The position numbers and the translations under genes are program-made. The notes beneath the pieces are model-generated. The model was not told the origin of the DNA. It worked only from the letters and a program-made list of their open reading frames with translations, and made no database searches. Positions 1 through 11,800 of a stretch of 64,000 bases of DNA are shown one piece after another. Source of the stretch: Balanoglossus misakiensis (lineage: Eukaryota; Animalia; Hemichordata); contig CM082578.2 of NCBI GenBank assembly GCA_040954595.2, positions 16,997,703-17,061,702 of the forward strand. The letters are read 5' to 3'. The first letter of the stretch is position 1. Each line of letters starts with the position of its first letter.

Positions 1-57
1 AACTGTTTGATGAATTAAATGCATATGGTTTGAAAACCTGGTGTTTAAAAATCATAC

Positions 58-3000
58 CTCTGCAATAATTCAGTTTCCAATTCATGTGTTCGGCTCTTTG
101 ATGCTGCAAGTTCCGTCTGAATAAAGCATAAAAAAACATGAAGATTTTCAACGACGTAAAAACTTTCACACACATATTTCACTCATCACCTTTTATGAAA
201 AGGTGTAAAATTTCATTCAGAACAGATGTTACAAGAAGGTGTGCACAAACAAGATGTGTTGACTCAGACAATTAAGTCTTTGCATGGCCAGAGTGGATTT
301 TTTGTCACAACATCAATAAATGCAAGAATAATTATCCATAAAGTAGGATTCAGATTTCTAAATTCTTTGTGATTTGTTGACCAACCTGTAACTCTTGTAA
401 CTTTTCTTCAGCCCCAGCTCTGTGCCCCCTGTCTTCATCTGACTGAGCTTTGATTGTAGCAATTTCGGACGCCTGGAATCAATGGAATGATGCAATGTAT
501 ATGAAAGGAATCAGAGAAATACAGAGAGAATCCAGACTGCAGTTACTGGAGTACAATTTTGTACAGATGTACATACCAGTTTGGCTGCCTTCTGTGCTAG
601 TGACTCTTTTTGCTCAATAATATTCTTCATTTCATCTTTGGATTCTTGCAGCTGTTCTTTCAATAGCTTCACATCAGAGGTCACTGGATGAGAAAAAAAT
701 AATACCTGTCAGGCTAAGGAAAAGTTTTCAGGTCTCAAACACTCAGTCAATCATGACTTTCTAAGAGCTTTTCTGATGATCATCCAGGAGTATTTGAGAT
801 CAAAAAATGGGAATGATATATCTGCATTATTTTCTCTTATGGTTGCACTAGGTAAAGGCATGACAACTATAACGAATTGATGGTTACTAGATCGACAGCA
901 TTCTATGTGATTTATACTAATACTTACATATGGCTCTGCAATCCTCAGATTTCTTGAGTTCTTCTTGAAACAGCAACAGTGGTGAGTCGTCTCCCTGTAG
1001 AAATGTTTAAAAAAACGTCAACTGTCAAATATATGTTTGTTTGATCTTACATGTACTGTAGGCGGGGTATTTGAATATTTTGCACCCTGACCCCCTAGTG
1101 ACCTATGACATCACTTACCCCATCTTCTGCCGAGTGTTGTGCTAACTGGTGTTTCATCCTATCATCTTGCAGCCTGTCCACTTCCTTCTTCAGTTCTGCA
1201 GAGTACCATTTTTCTTCCTGTAAGCAGCAGATTTAATCCCTTCAATAACAGAGACCTAAAACCCTTTTCAACCCAAAATTCCATGCTTGCTCAACCATTG
1301 AATGAAAACAGTAGATGAGAAATACAGTACTAAGGAAAAGGGGGCCGAGCCTCTCAATTTCGTGCCACAACACAACATATGGCCTTTTATATTTTAATGG
1401 CAATTTTGTCGTTGTTGCAAATCTCAACACATGATCATTGCTAATAACATATTTCAAGAGAGCAGTATCAGGTGATAAACATTCTGAGTAGCTCGATAAA
1501 TATTGGTACACTCATAAGGTTACACATCCATGACATCTCCAGCAGCATACCTGCAGTGATGTCTTCAGATCTTCCACTTCCTGCTTCAAGGCTATCATAT
1601 GATCTCCTCTGCAAATAGGTAAAAAGGGAAAAAAGAAACATAATACAGGAAGCAAAACATAACAAGTGAAAGAGCAGAAAATGCACAGAAAATGTTTTAT
1701 ACAGGACAAAACTGAAGGTGTATAAGCACCTGGACATTGAGAAAAGTTGTAGAGTCAATTTAATCAACATCAATGGTTTTACGGCTTTATCTTTCCAGTA
1801 ACAGAAATATGATTCTTGAAATGTCAGAAATACATTTTTTACTCTGAAAACCTCCAAAAATAACAATTCTTACCCTTTCTGTATCCATGACAACCATTGG
1901 GATTAAGGGGAGAAAAATAAAACAGTGCAAATGTTATAATCATGACACAGATTCTGGAACAAATTGCAACCAAGCAATCACAAAACCACCATTAACAATT
2001 AACACTCAGTATGATCAATTCAAGTTTACCACTGAGGGGGGAGGCTAGGTTTTGATGGGAAAGTTGGAGCCTCCGGGGGAAAAAATCAACGATGTTTTAC
2101 AAATGTACTTCTCAAAGAAAAACCTAAATACCACAAGTTACTCAAGACTACTAAATCATGCAAACAAAATACTGTCATTCACATGCTGAGGGGAAACCAG
2201 CAAGCAAAAAAAAAAAGCCATGACTGTCTCATAGAGGAAAGCAAGAAAAAGACCTGGTAGTCCATCAAATTGACTTCCTCAAAACCCTCTTCTGCCATCT
2301 GTGATGTGGCAACACAAGGAAAAGCAAAGAAGGAGAGAAAGAAAGTTTGAGGGGTACGTGAGAGACTATTTTCATGTTGAAAAATAAAGAGAACAGGTAG
2401 TATACAGTGCTTAGTTATAACTTGCTAAATTGCCATACTGTGATTTCATCAGAGGGCTCTGTTTCGAATGTGTGTACTAGCATTTTGAATCTGCAAATAT
2501 GTGAGTATCATAAGTCATTCAAGGTAAATGCACTTGTCTAGGAGCTGCATGCATGTGTCAGTGACCATATATTGTCTCTAATAACGATATGCTCAATAAT
2601 CTCAGTATTGGATACCTGCATGTTTTCAGGAGCAATCAAATTGTTTGGCAAAGACCTAGCTTCACCGTTGAAAGTTGGAGAGGTCCACTGCACAACAAAA
2701 ACATACCTCTGTGCCTTTCCCAGCAATGTCAGGCCTGGCAGTAGCAGCAGCCGCAGCAGCAGGTGAATCTGTGGCATTGTGGGTGCTTTCCCAATGGCCT
2801 TGCAGTGCTTCTGCCGACGGCAATGCTGCCATGCATATTGGACAGATGAATCCCTTGGTATGAAATAAATGATGACCAAAGATAAGCAAAAAAGCTTTCA
2901 GAAAGCTAAAAGCATCATGACACCCAGCAAACAATGTAAACAAAAACAAATAGACGATCTGCCACTGTATTAGTGTTAGTGCATTTTATTTTTGTAAATG

Positions 3001-3861
3001 TGTGAAATGTAAAACAGTAACGTCACACATATTTGATGGCCAGAAATCACATATAAGTGGGACTGATGTGCTTGAGGCGATTAGCCCATAGACAAGTCTT
3101 GTATGAATTCAAAAGGAGTGTCAGGTTTACATGTATATTAGATAAACAACAGTCAACAGACACAAAACGTTTATTAGTGATAACAGTCTGCGACGGATCT
3201 GTTGCTGACATGTCTTGACTTTTGAACATAATATCTTCTGAAATAGTCTACATATATCCTCAGTACTGCAGATCTGAGGCATTTAGGATGTGTCAATATC
3301 GAAAACTGTCATAATTATTTTATTAAGAATGTGATAAAAATCAAACTGATTTTTATATCAGCAATTTCGCTTCAATTAAACATTGTTTTCTGTTCCTGGT
3401 TTATGCCACACTTGTGGATTTCGTCGCCCTTTAAGCGATTGTACATTGCAGTTCACTCAAAAGTGGGCGTGTCATGTGTACGCGGCCATCTTGCTTCTGA
3501 TTATGATTGCACTGACCGCACAAATTCCATTGCAGATATCGGGCGCAGCACATCGCGGGACGGACACAGCAATTGCCCCGAAAAGGGATCGCCAAATAGC
3601 TTTTACTCACCTCTTGGTTATTTTCATCTTCCGTTTTGACAGGGGCTTTGGTCGGGCTCGCTTTACTCTGAGGGGAGGTAGCAGACTGGCGACCACGTCC
3701 CTGCATAGAACGAATCTGAGGTCAACTACAAACGACGTCGACATCGATAATCATAAGATGCATTCACCAAGAAACACAGCAATTGGCATAAACAATAAAT
3801 CTCTATAAACTGTGTGGCTTACCGAATCGTCCTTTTTCCGAAATCGTTTCAAGACATCCAT
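58..3861 (-). CDS. EEA1: Early endosome antigen 1 ortholog, 5' part (multi-exon, continues beyond the left edge of the window)
   Basis: Hand-spliced GT-AG exons: 3823-3861 (MDVLKRFRKKDDS), 3611-3700, 2707-2853 (C2H2 finger GFICPICMAALPSAEALQGHWESTH), microexon 1874-1878, 1551-1608 (GDHMIALKQEVEDLKTSLQ), 1119-1217 (EEKWYSAELKKEV), 928-994, 577-683 (QKAAKL), 386-472 (ASEIATIKAQSDEDR), 58-116 (ELETELLQR). About 252 aa. These segments match the N-terminus of vertebrate EEA1 as I recall it (EGFICPQCM..., LRQEVQDLQASLKEEKWYSEELKKEL, EQKAAQLATEIADIKSKYDEER, DLKTELLQRP). The C-terminal FYVE domain lies outside the window. Confidence 0.9.
1874..1878 (-). CDS. EEA1: Predicted 5-nt microexon (AAAGG) of EEA1
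   Basis: Minus strand reads ...ttatttttctcccc...ggatacag AAAGG gtaaga. The upstream exon ends in phase 0 and the downstream exon needs phase 2, so 5 nt restores the frame (E-K-G-G-D-H-M). Confidence 0.65.
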
Positions 3862-4040
3862 GGTTCAACAAGGAATACTCAGCCCTCGTCTGATTTCGTC
3901 TGGACACAATATTATTTTCGAACGGGCCGTTTGTTCGTTATATCTTACCTCCTAAGTTCACTCAGTTGTCCTCGGATGCCCAAGCTCCACTCTGTTCGTA
4001 AAGATACTCACAATCGGCGATTTGTGAAGTAATACGGAAA
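3400..4040 (-). promoter_or_regulatory. CpG-rich 5' region / putative promoter of EEA1
   Basis: Locally CpG-dense segment around the first two coding exons. It contains a YY1-like CAAGATGGCCGC (minus strand, 3482-3493) and a GGGCGTG Sp/KLF-like box near 3465. TSS not determined. Confidence 0.4.
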
Positions 4041-4219
4041 CAGTCAACATTTTGAGGGTTATACAATACTATTTGTAACGAAAACGCATGATTGCGACTT
4101 TTTATTATTCCTTCTCAAGCTTGAAAGGAGGCCTACAAACTTGAAATGTATCTTTTCCTGTGTCTCTTTGCTGTCATACCAACACATTGTCACACTCGCA
4201 TATGCAAACACATACATGC

Positions 4220-4220
<1 letters not shown>

Positions 4221-4318
<98 letters not shown>
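4221..4318. repeat. Compound microsatellite (TAGA)n(CAGA)n
   Basis: Directly visible tetranucleotide runs. Confidence 0.95.
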
Positions 4319-6061
4319 TATAAACAAATAAAAAAGACCCGGCTTTAGCATATACAACATGCTTTGTTTTAATATTACTTTGACACCTATTTAACACCTT
4401 TGATATATAATAATGTTACCAATAATATTCTCAAATATACATATAAAATCATGAGGAATATACATCTCGATAAAACTTACACAATATTATTATCCATTCA
4501 TTATTATATATCCCATCTTTAACCAAAGAGCACACATGGTTCCTGTTTTCAGCACACTACCCTACAAAGTACCTGGTTGAAAAACGCTGCCCATTTCAGA
4601 TGGCCTGCTGCAAGTAATTTACAGACTCAGAAGAATAGTACACTTTATCGCTGCACCTTTCGAACTACGTGTACACGAAAGCTCCGCATGATCATAATTT
4701 TTAGAAAAATATAACCATGTGTAAATATGTTGAGCTTAAACATACAAACAAATACATCACAAGGTACAAAGTAGAAATATATTGGTGAAAATATATGTAC
4801 GTACTTTTTTATCAAAGATAAATACGAGTGAAAGGTGGCTATAATATACAATCTATCAGTGACGTTTTTTTCAAATATTATTCTTGACCACGATTTCGTC
4901 GACATCACATTATTGTCGCTCTAATAGATGGAAGTTTACTTGTACACAATACATGTAACCAACAGGAGCACGAACTTAATACTAATAATTATAATTGTCG
5001 CTACTACCAAAATTGTGAACTTAGAATATTCTTATCTGATAAATATGCAAATGATCATGTGTTCCTGGTTTATTAATACACAATTTAAACTGTCCAGAAT
5101 GAACAGTGTAACATCAGTTAAATCAATACTGTTGAGTAGTCAATAGACAATTTATTTGAACTTTTTAGGCACATGTTTTTAAGGCAGATTTACAGATTTT
5201 GGAGAAATTAACTCAATGTTTAGGATTGTAACCGTCATCAGAATGGATTTGGAAAATTGCAAAAATGTGGTGTTGATTTGGTAAACACTTTGTGTTGGTC
5301 TTTTGTGAATCAGAATTAAGATATATTAAAACATTCTTTAACGATCAAGCTAAGTTGAATCTCACAATGGCTAGTAGAATCTCACATTCTCTATTTTTTT
5401 CTCAATGTGTAAACACCTATATATACTTAGTAAATGCTGAGTGTAAACTTTGTACGTCCCAATAAGTATTTGTACGTATACCGCCACATCGCCCACTTCT
5501 GAATGGTCACTAGAGCTAATACAAACACATGAACTAACAAAATATGATAAAAGAAGCAACACACTTTGAAAAGTCTACAAAATAGAGATACTTACGAGTT
5601 TCTGGTTTGAAAAATATCAAGTTTGGTAGACTCCAAATTTAAATCAACCCCGATGGGAGAACTGCTTGTATATAAATATTGGCACTTACAAATATATAGT
5701 AATTAATAAATTGAGCTGCAGAAATTAAAATGGATTACCCCCGATAAGCGAGGTGAATGGTGCCATAAATGCCACTGTTCGAGTGATGTTTTTTTTCTAA
5801 AACGAAATATTACCAAATGTTGAAACATATCACACACAGTAGCTAAATAAACTACTATTAAATGTCAATATCAAGTACTTCAGGCTTGGCACTTTACAGC
5901 TTTAAAAATGTCGTTTGGATAGAGTACCAAATGTCCGAGTATTTGAAACCCGCGAATAATTCCATGGAGGAATGTTAGTCTCACTTATAAGCTTATCATG
6001 ACATTCATAATATCACAAAGGTGATATTACTAGTATATATAATATTGATTAAAATTTATTT

Positions 6062-6175
6062 AGTAAGTAAGTAAGTAAGTAAGTAATTGTATAAGTAAGT
6101 AAATAAATAAATGTTTAATGAATGATGAATGAATGAATTAATTAATTAATTAGCAAGTTAGTTAAATTAATTAAT
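6062..6175. repeat. Degenerate AT-rich tetranucleotide microsatellite (GTAA/ATAA/GAAT/TAAT)
   Basis: Directly visible runs of related 4-mers. Confidence 0.8.
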
Positions 6176-7332
6176 AATATAAGCGCTCTTTACGTAGTGA
6201 GCTTTCAAATGTACAAGAAAGAAATGTAAATTACATGTATGCTTATATTCGTGTTTTCCACAAGAAGTGTTGAAACATATTAGCGGTAAATTTTAAAATG
6301 ATGGATCAAGCAGATTTCTGATCTTGACATGAAAACACCCGTCTCAAAATAACGGTGGTATTTTACAGTGATTTTACCAATATACGTTCTTTGTTATTTG
6401 TCGGTGTATAATCTATGACGAAGTACATGTACATGTATTATGGACAGTTTTAAAGACGTGATTCTTCTCTGTTTCTGTAAGGAGTAATTGTTCCAGTATG
6501 CTAGTCGCATTAAAATGCTGTAGGCGGGACCTATTTGCCAGTGGTCAGCATGTAACATGGCCACGAGGACAAACAGTACGTGCCGACGGTTTGCAGAGAT
6601 AGGCTTTTACCCCAATGGCAACTGACAGGCAGCGCGAAATAGCGACCTTATACCAGAATCACATGTTGCGCAGTGTCACGCAAGTTTTCATCAAACAGTA
6701 AGAAATTTGTTTCGGTCGCAGAAGTACACTACCGGGTCGTTCCAATGTAAAGTCATACAGATGTCTGGAGAGCATGTGCAGAAAGCATGCAAACCTCTGA
6801 AGTGTTAAATTAGAGCTTTTCAATATTTTAAACTACCTGCGTCGCAGACGACGCCAGTCGAATAGCAGATGGTCTATGCATGCAACCTCCACCCATCAGA
6901 AGAGATACGTTCTTGGTAAAAGTGTGCGCTAAATTTCATCCTAACCATCTACTGAATTCACGATTTTCCTAAGGCATAAAAAGATGTTCTCATGATGTAA
7001 AATGGCTACAGCTATGGCATTCGCCTACATCATTTCAAAATACATTTTCCAAAACCACAATAATTCCTTCCAACAAACTTTTGCAAATAAATGACCTATT
7101 TATAAATTTTTGTTGCAGTATATTTTGGTGTACAATATGGCTTCAATTTGAGGTTTTCACACGTTTATATTGTCTGTTGTGTTCTGGTTGGCATGCTACT
7201 ATTTCGTCACAATGTACTCGGAGTCCTTGCCCTGTACAAGCCCCTCCCCTTTCAATGTTGCCCTTCAAACCATTTCGTGCGGCCACGTGTCCTATAGAGG
7301 ACTTCGTGGATTCTCGCAGTTAATTCACACAT

Positions 7333-8478
7333 TTACATAAGGTTTTCTTCGACTTGTATGTTGACGTTGGCATTAACAGCGTTGTGGTGCTTGTTGTCGG
7401 TACCGTTGAGACCTGTAGTGCGCGTTGTGCTGGCACGGCGGGAGCGCGCTGACTGGCGGGAAAATGCCATCTGAAACGCCCGTCTGTGGTTCTGACTTCC
7501 AGCGCTATATAAAATGGGATTCAGGCAGAAATGAACGATGATGAGGTACCAGGTACAATTATTCATCCAATACCCTCCACTCGGTGAAGTTAACTGACAG
7601 TAAATTACAATGCTATTGTAAATCAGGAAGAGTGCTTTCGGGGCAACCAGAAGGAAGAACAGTGCCGCTATCACCATGCACAAGGTAACCACTCGTTTCT
7701 CTTCCTTGACGAATGCGTCTGGCAGCGCCCTCGTTCGACGAAGCTTGGTCATTTCCTTGGCGATGAGCGTGTAGAAGAGGACGACTCCGAAAAGCGAAAC
7801 AACCGCCAACAAAGCGAGCAAGCCGACGGGCACCAGGTTCAAGTGTTTCCCCACCGCTTCATTGTTTACCACCGCAGGAGCGAAGCACACCCCATGCATT
7901 ATTCCCGGGATGGAGCCAAGGAGCCAACTCAAAAACAGAAGTACAATAACTCGAAATTTCTGCCTTAGTTGTATCGCTTTGTACGGGTGGCAAATGGCCA
8001 GATAGCGCTCCAGACTTATCATGCAGACTGATATCAGAGAGACGGAGAGACAGGTGAAAAGAAGAAACGGGATCACAAAAGCGGCCAGAACTAATAAGGC
8101 CGAGGCGCGTTGTTGGTTGTAATCCGGCGACGTCGCCGACGTTAGATCCACCAGCACGATCACCAGATAAGCGACCAACGAACCGAAATCAGCAAGTGCC
8201 AAATTGACGAAATATAAATTGGGCAGGGTTCGCATTGTCTTGATTCGGGTGACAACAAACAGGAAGGAGGAATTGCCGGCGATGCCGAGAGCTATCAGGG
8301 CCATCTCAATCATCCTAATTGGAAATAGAGATGTGTCCGAACTTTGATCAGCAGGACGGAACGCCGAGTTCTGGCCATCATTGGTCTCGTTGTAAATGAC
8401 ACTAAAGTTGTCATAGTAGCTGTACAGGCCTAGACCCAGATCATGCGTGATCAGAAACGTGTCGTTCTTGCTAGCCAT
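7333..8478 (-). CDS. Rhodopsin-like (class A) orphan GPCR, 381 aa, intronless CDS
   Basis: Seven hydrophobic segments: GN in TM1 (GIAGN), MRTLPNLYFVNLALAD (TM2), SLERYLAICHP (TM3/ICL2), W in TM4, LNPILY (TM7). N-terminal N-glycosylation sequons are present. A polypyrimidine/cag acceptor near 8524 indicates a 5' UTR intron. Confidence 0.93.
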   Translation of the reverse strand: MASKNDTFLITHDLGLGLYSYYDNFSVIYNETNDGQNSAFRPADQSSDTSLFPIRMIEMALIALGIAGNSSFLFVVTRIKTMRTLPNLYFVNLALADFGSLVAYLVIVLVDLTSATSPDYNQQRASALLVLAAFVIPFLLFTCLSVSLISVCMISLERYLAICHPYKAIQLRQKFRVIVLLFLSWLLGSIPGIMHGVCFAPAVVNNEAVGKHLNLVPVGLLALLAVVSLFGVVLFYTLIAKEMTKLRRTRALPDAFVKEEKRVVTLCMVIAALFFLLVAPKALFLIYNSIVIYCQLTSPSGGYWMNNCTWYLIIVHFCLNPILYSAGSQNHRRAFQMAFSRQSARSRRASTTRTTGLNGTDNKHHNAVNANVNIQVEENLM

Positions 8479-8799
8479 GATTTAGTCCTTAGTAGGCAAC
8501 TTCACTTCTGTCACAATAGTTATCTGTTGTGAAAATAAAGACGGAGGTTAAGATTTGATTGGACATTTCCATGCAAAGTTTCATCCTTAAGGGAGTGTTC
8601 AATTATCATACACAGGGGTGGGGCCACAAAATCGACAGTGAGAGAGTAATATTATCATGTGCGGCGGCAATGTACAAAATTAATGGGCCGGGTATATATT
8701 TCACTAGAAATTACTGGGGTGATCATTATTTTTTCTGAAGGTACACACTCAGATACATCACTAAAGGTAAAAGATAGCGACAGTGACTCAATGAAATGC

Positions 8800-8802
8800 T
8801 GT

Positions 8803-8884
<82 letters not shown>
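8800..8884. repeat. (GT)n(GA)n microsatellite
   Basis: Directly visible. Confidence 0.95.
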
Positions 8885-11800
8885 TAGGAGACTCCATAGC
8901 TGACACACCAGTATGTCTCTCTCTCACAAGCCTTAGAACTCATCGAACTCATCGGTGGTCACGGTCTGACATTGTCGGTCTTCTCCTTCTGGATCACAGG
9001 CTCCGCTTTGTAAGCCTGTCTGTACGTATGTGTCATGTGAAGATTCGCCAAGCTTGCACCGAATTAACTGCTCACCCCGGAAAGTCACAATCCTCGTTAA
9101 AGCCTTTAACCCCCCCCCCCCTGCAAATCCATTCAATATCATAGGACATTACCTGTTACATCCCATCAGCAGTATCTAGTTTGCTCGTAAAAATTTACAC
9201 ATTGATAAATAACTAATGAGCATGCCGGTAGTGCTGTCACGCAGACGTTAAATAACGAGCCTTTTAAACCAGAAGGCGCCTGGCTAATTATAACCGGGGA
9301 ATAGAGAATTAGTGAAATGTAACGAAACCAATGTAAATAGAAAAAACCCGAATAAAGACAAAGAGAGAGAGGAAGCAAAGGCAAACACCCCCAATATATA
9401 TTTTTTGCAAGTTACTGCAAATTACTGATGCAAATCTTCATAGCTATAATTCCAACCACGGAACCATATATTCAATTCACATCTAGATCTGGTTATCTTT
9501 TTCACCATTTCATTATTTCGCCGATTATATTTAGACCAGATAGTCACCTTAGTCAGTTGTCTACATTATGACATGCGCAATACTTAGAATACGTGTCTTC
9601 TGCAGATCACTGGAGGAGATCACATAAACTTTCAACTACCGCAGCTATACTCGTTTTACAGTCGGGGATATTTCTCTACGAGTAGAATGTCCCTGGGACA
9701 TACATGCGAGTAAGTCTGATCTGAAATCGCTGCCTTGAGTGAATCAGTTTGTGCGTGTCCATAAAACGACAGTGCAACACGTACGAGCTTGTGTCCGCAT
9801 TTGACTTTTGCCATCTGTGTTTAAGGCATTGTAAAAATCGGCAGATACCAATCAGCTCACCGAAACAGGCTCAAGCGCTCAACACTTGAACATCTCGCTC
9901 GCGGTCTTGATTCTCCCCTCCTTGTCAATGCATCACCTATACACATGACAAATGCAGCAAGACGTTTTCTCACCACCCTGATATGCACCGTCTGATGTTA
10001 TCAATGCCTTTGACCGATTCTATCTGACTCTCAGCGTTAACTACCGCACGACTGATAGAAAAAAAAAGACTTGTAATGACCATATGTGTTGTAGCCTCGA
10101 GGTACAGTACTGGTTCAGCTCTGTACATGCATATTAGCATAATTCCAATTCAATTCTTGAATCCTTTGGTCACTGGAGATTACTAACAATATCTCTCAGA
10201 ACCACGCTTACGCCTATTCATACTATGTGTATGGGCCGCACAGAAAATTGAGTATTTAACGTGTCTCATGGACCACGTGTGACTCTTTTATTGCACTAGT
10301 GTAGAAGAGAGTTTAGCGGCAGCCGATCACCTTGTTGCCGTTAAAGTACTGTGATTTCATATATAGGCACTAACTGTCAGTTTGGCCAGGCACACCACCG
10401 ATATTGCGGATCGATAAAATTCTCCGTCAAAGACAGCTGTTGAGACAGCAAAGTGTAATAGTGGGCGTTTGTCTTTTGAAAATGAGTGCCTCTTCAACTG
10501 AAGACCTTATGTACCATTTGCGTCGCTCCAATCCTTTATCAAAATACTTGTTGCCAACAAGTGACGGTGTCGAATAACTGGAAATGTGTTCTGTGGGCAG
10601 GATCAATCATGGTTATTGATTATGCTTAATATAGCTTTAAGAGTACTTTCTGAGTGTTTTTCCACGTTGCCTATGACGGTACGGCTGCAGAAGTTAACCA
10701 TCATAGTTCGAGATATAGAGTGAATGCTATACATGTTGAACATGTGGTTTGTCTTTCACTGTTTCGCTGTTTGACTCGTCAAGTACTTGAAATATAACAG
10801 CTTGAATAAGTATTTCCACCACTTTTACGCCTACGAAGACACTGTAAACTCCGAGATTTATGTTTATTGACAACGAATACCAACGATTAAACATTTAGTT
10901 TTCTATCGACGCCCGTGTGGTAATTCTATCTGAACAAAACAGCCCAGGCACATGCTGAAAATATAATATACACGCACACACAAACTCTTCTTTTGTCATA
11001 CCTGGGCTTATAAGGAAAATTTCGGCATTATAACTCGTTTGGTATATCCAGTATACTACGTAATCACGGAGTCATTGTAATGATGAATCCGATAATCCAT
11101 TTACATTTTATGTTCCCGGTCCACATGGATCAACGCCACTCGATAAATACCCTGGACAGCTTAGACGCAAGTTATTAACAAGTTAACACTGTTCTAGAGT
11201 TTCGTGTACATGAAACTAAATCCTTTCAATAGACGTAAGACAAGCTCAGTACATATTTTGGTGTTGGAACAAATCCTTAGGCTCTGTTAGTGCAATTTGC
11301 TCAATTATCTATATTTTTATGGTAAAGTTTTGATACATGTTTAATTAAATCTGTCACATGTGAGACTGGCGATGAAAGCCTTCTTTGTAGATGGAGAAAG
11401 AAGACTGCTACGTTTATCTGTTTCGCATGAATTCTCTTTGTAGTTGAAAATAAGCATGTTGTCGAACAAGCAACCTCTTTGACTAAATTCCCAGGGATCT
11501 ATTTTACTTCATGCAGGCGGTAATCTATCAGGTAGTGAGTCTTACAGTCTAGCATACAGATTTATTTGTATGGCCTCTGATCACTAAGTATGGCTTGATA
11601 TTGATATTTGAATCAATTCCGGATAAGTCAGTTCACGGATTTCATGAACAATATGAACAAAATGTGAAAGGTTGATGAAAAACGTACATCACTGATGATG
11701 GATGAGAGGGAGGGGAGTCGTGAATGTAGGCTTACACAGCGTAGATGATGATAATTGAAAGATACGCGCGGAGGAAAGTGATATTTTGTCTCATATACCC

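Noticed and set aside
8587-9140. TTAAGGGAGTGTTCAATTAT...GGGG, resembling a MITE left terminus
   Set aside because: No matching inverted right terminus was found.
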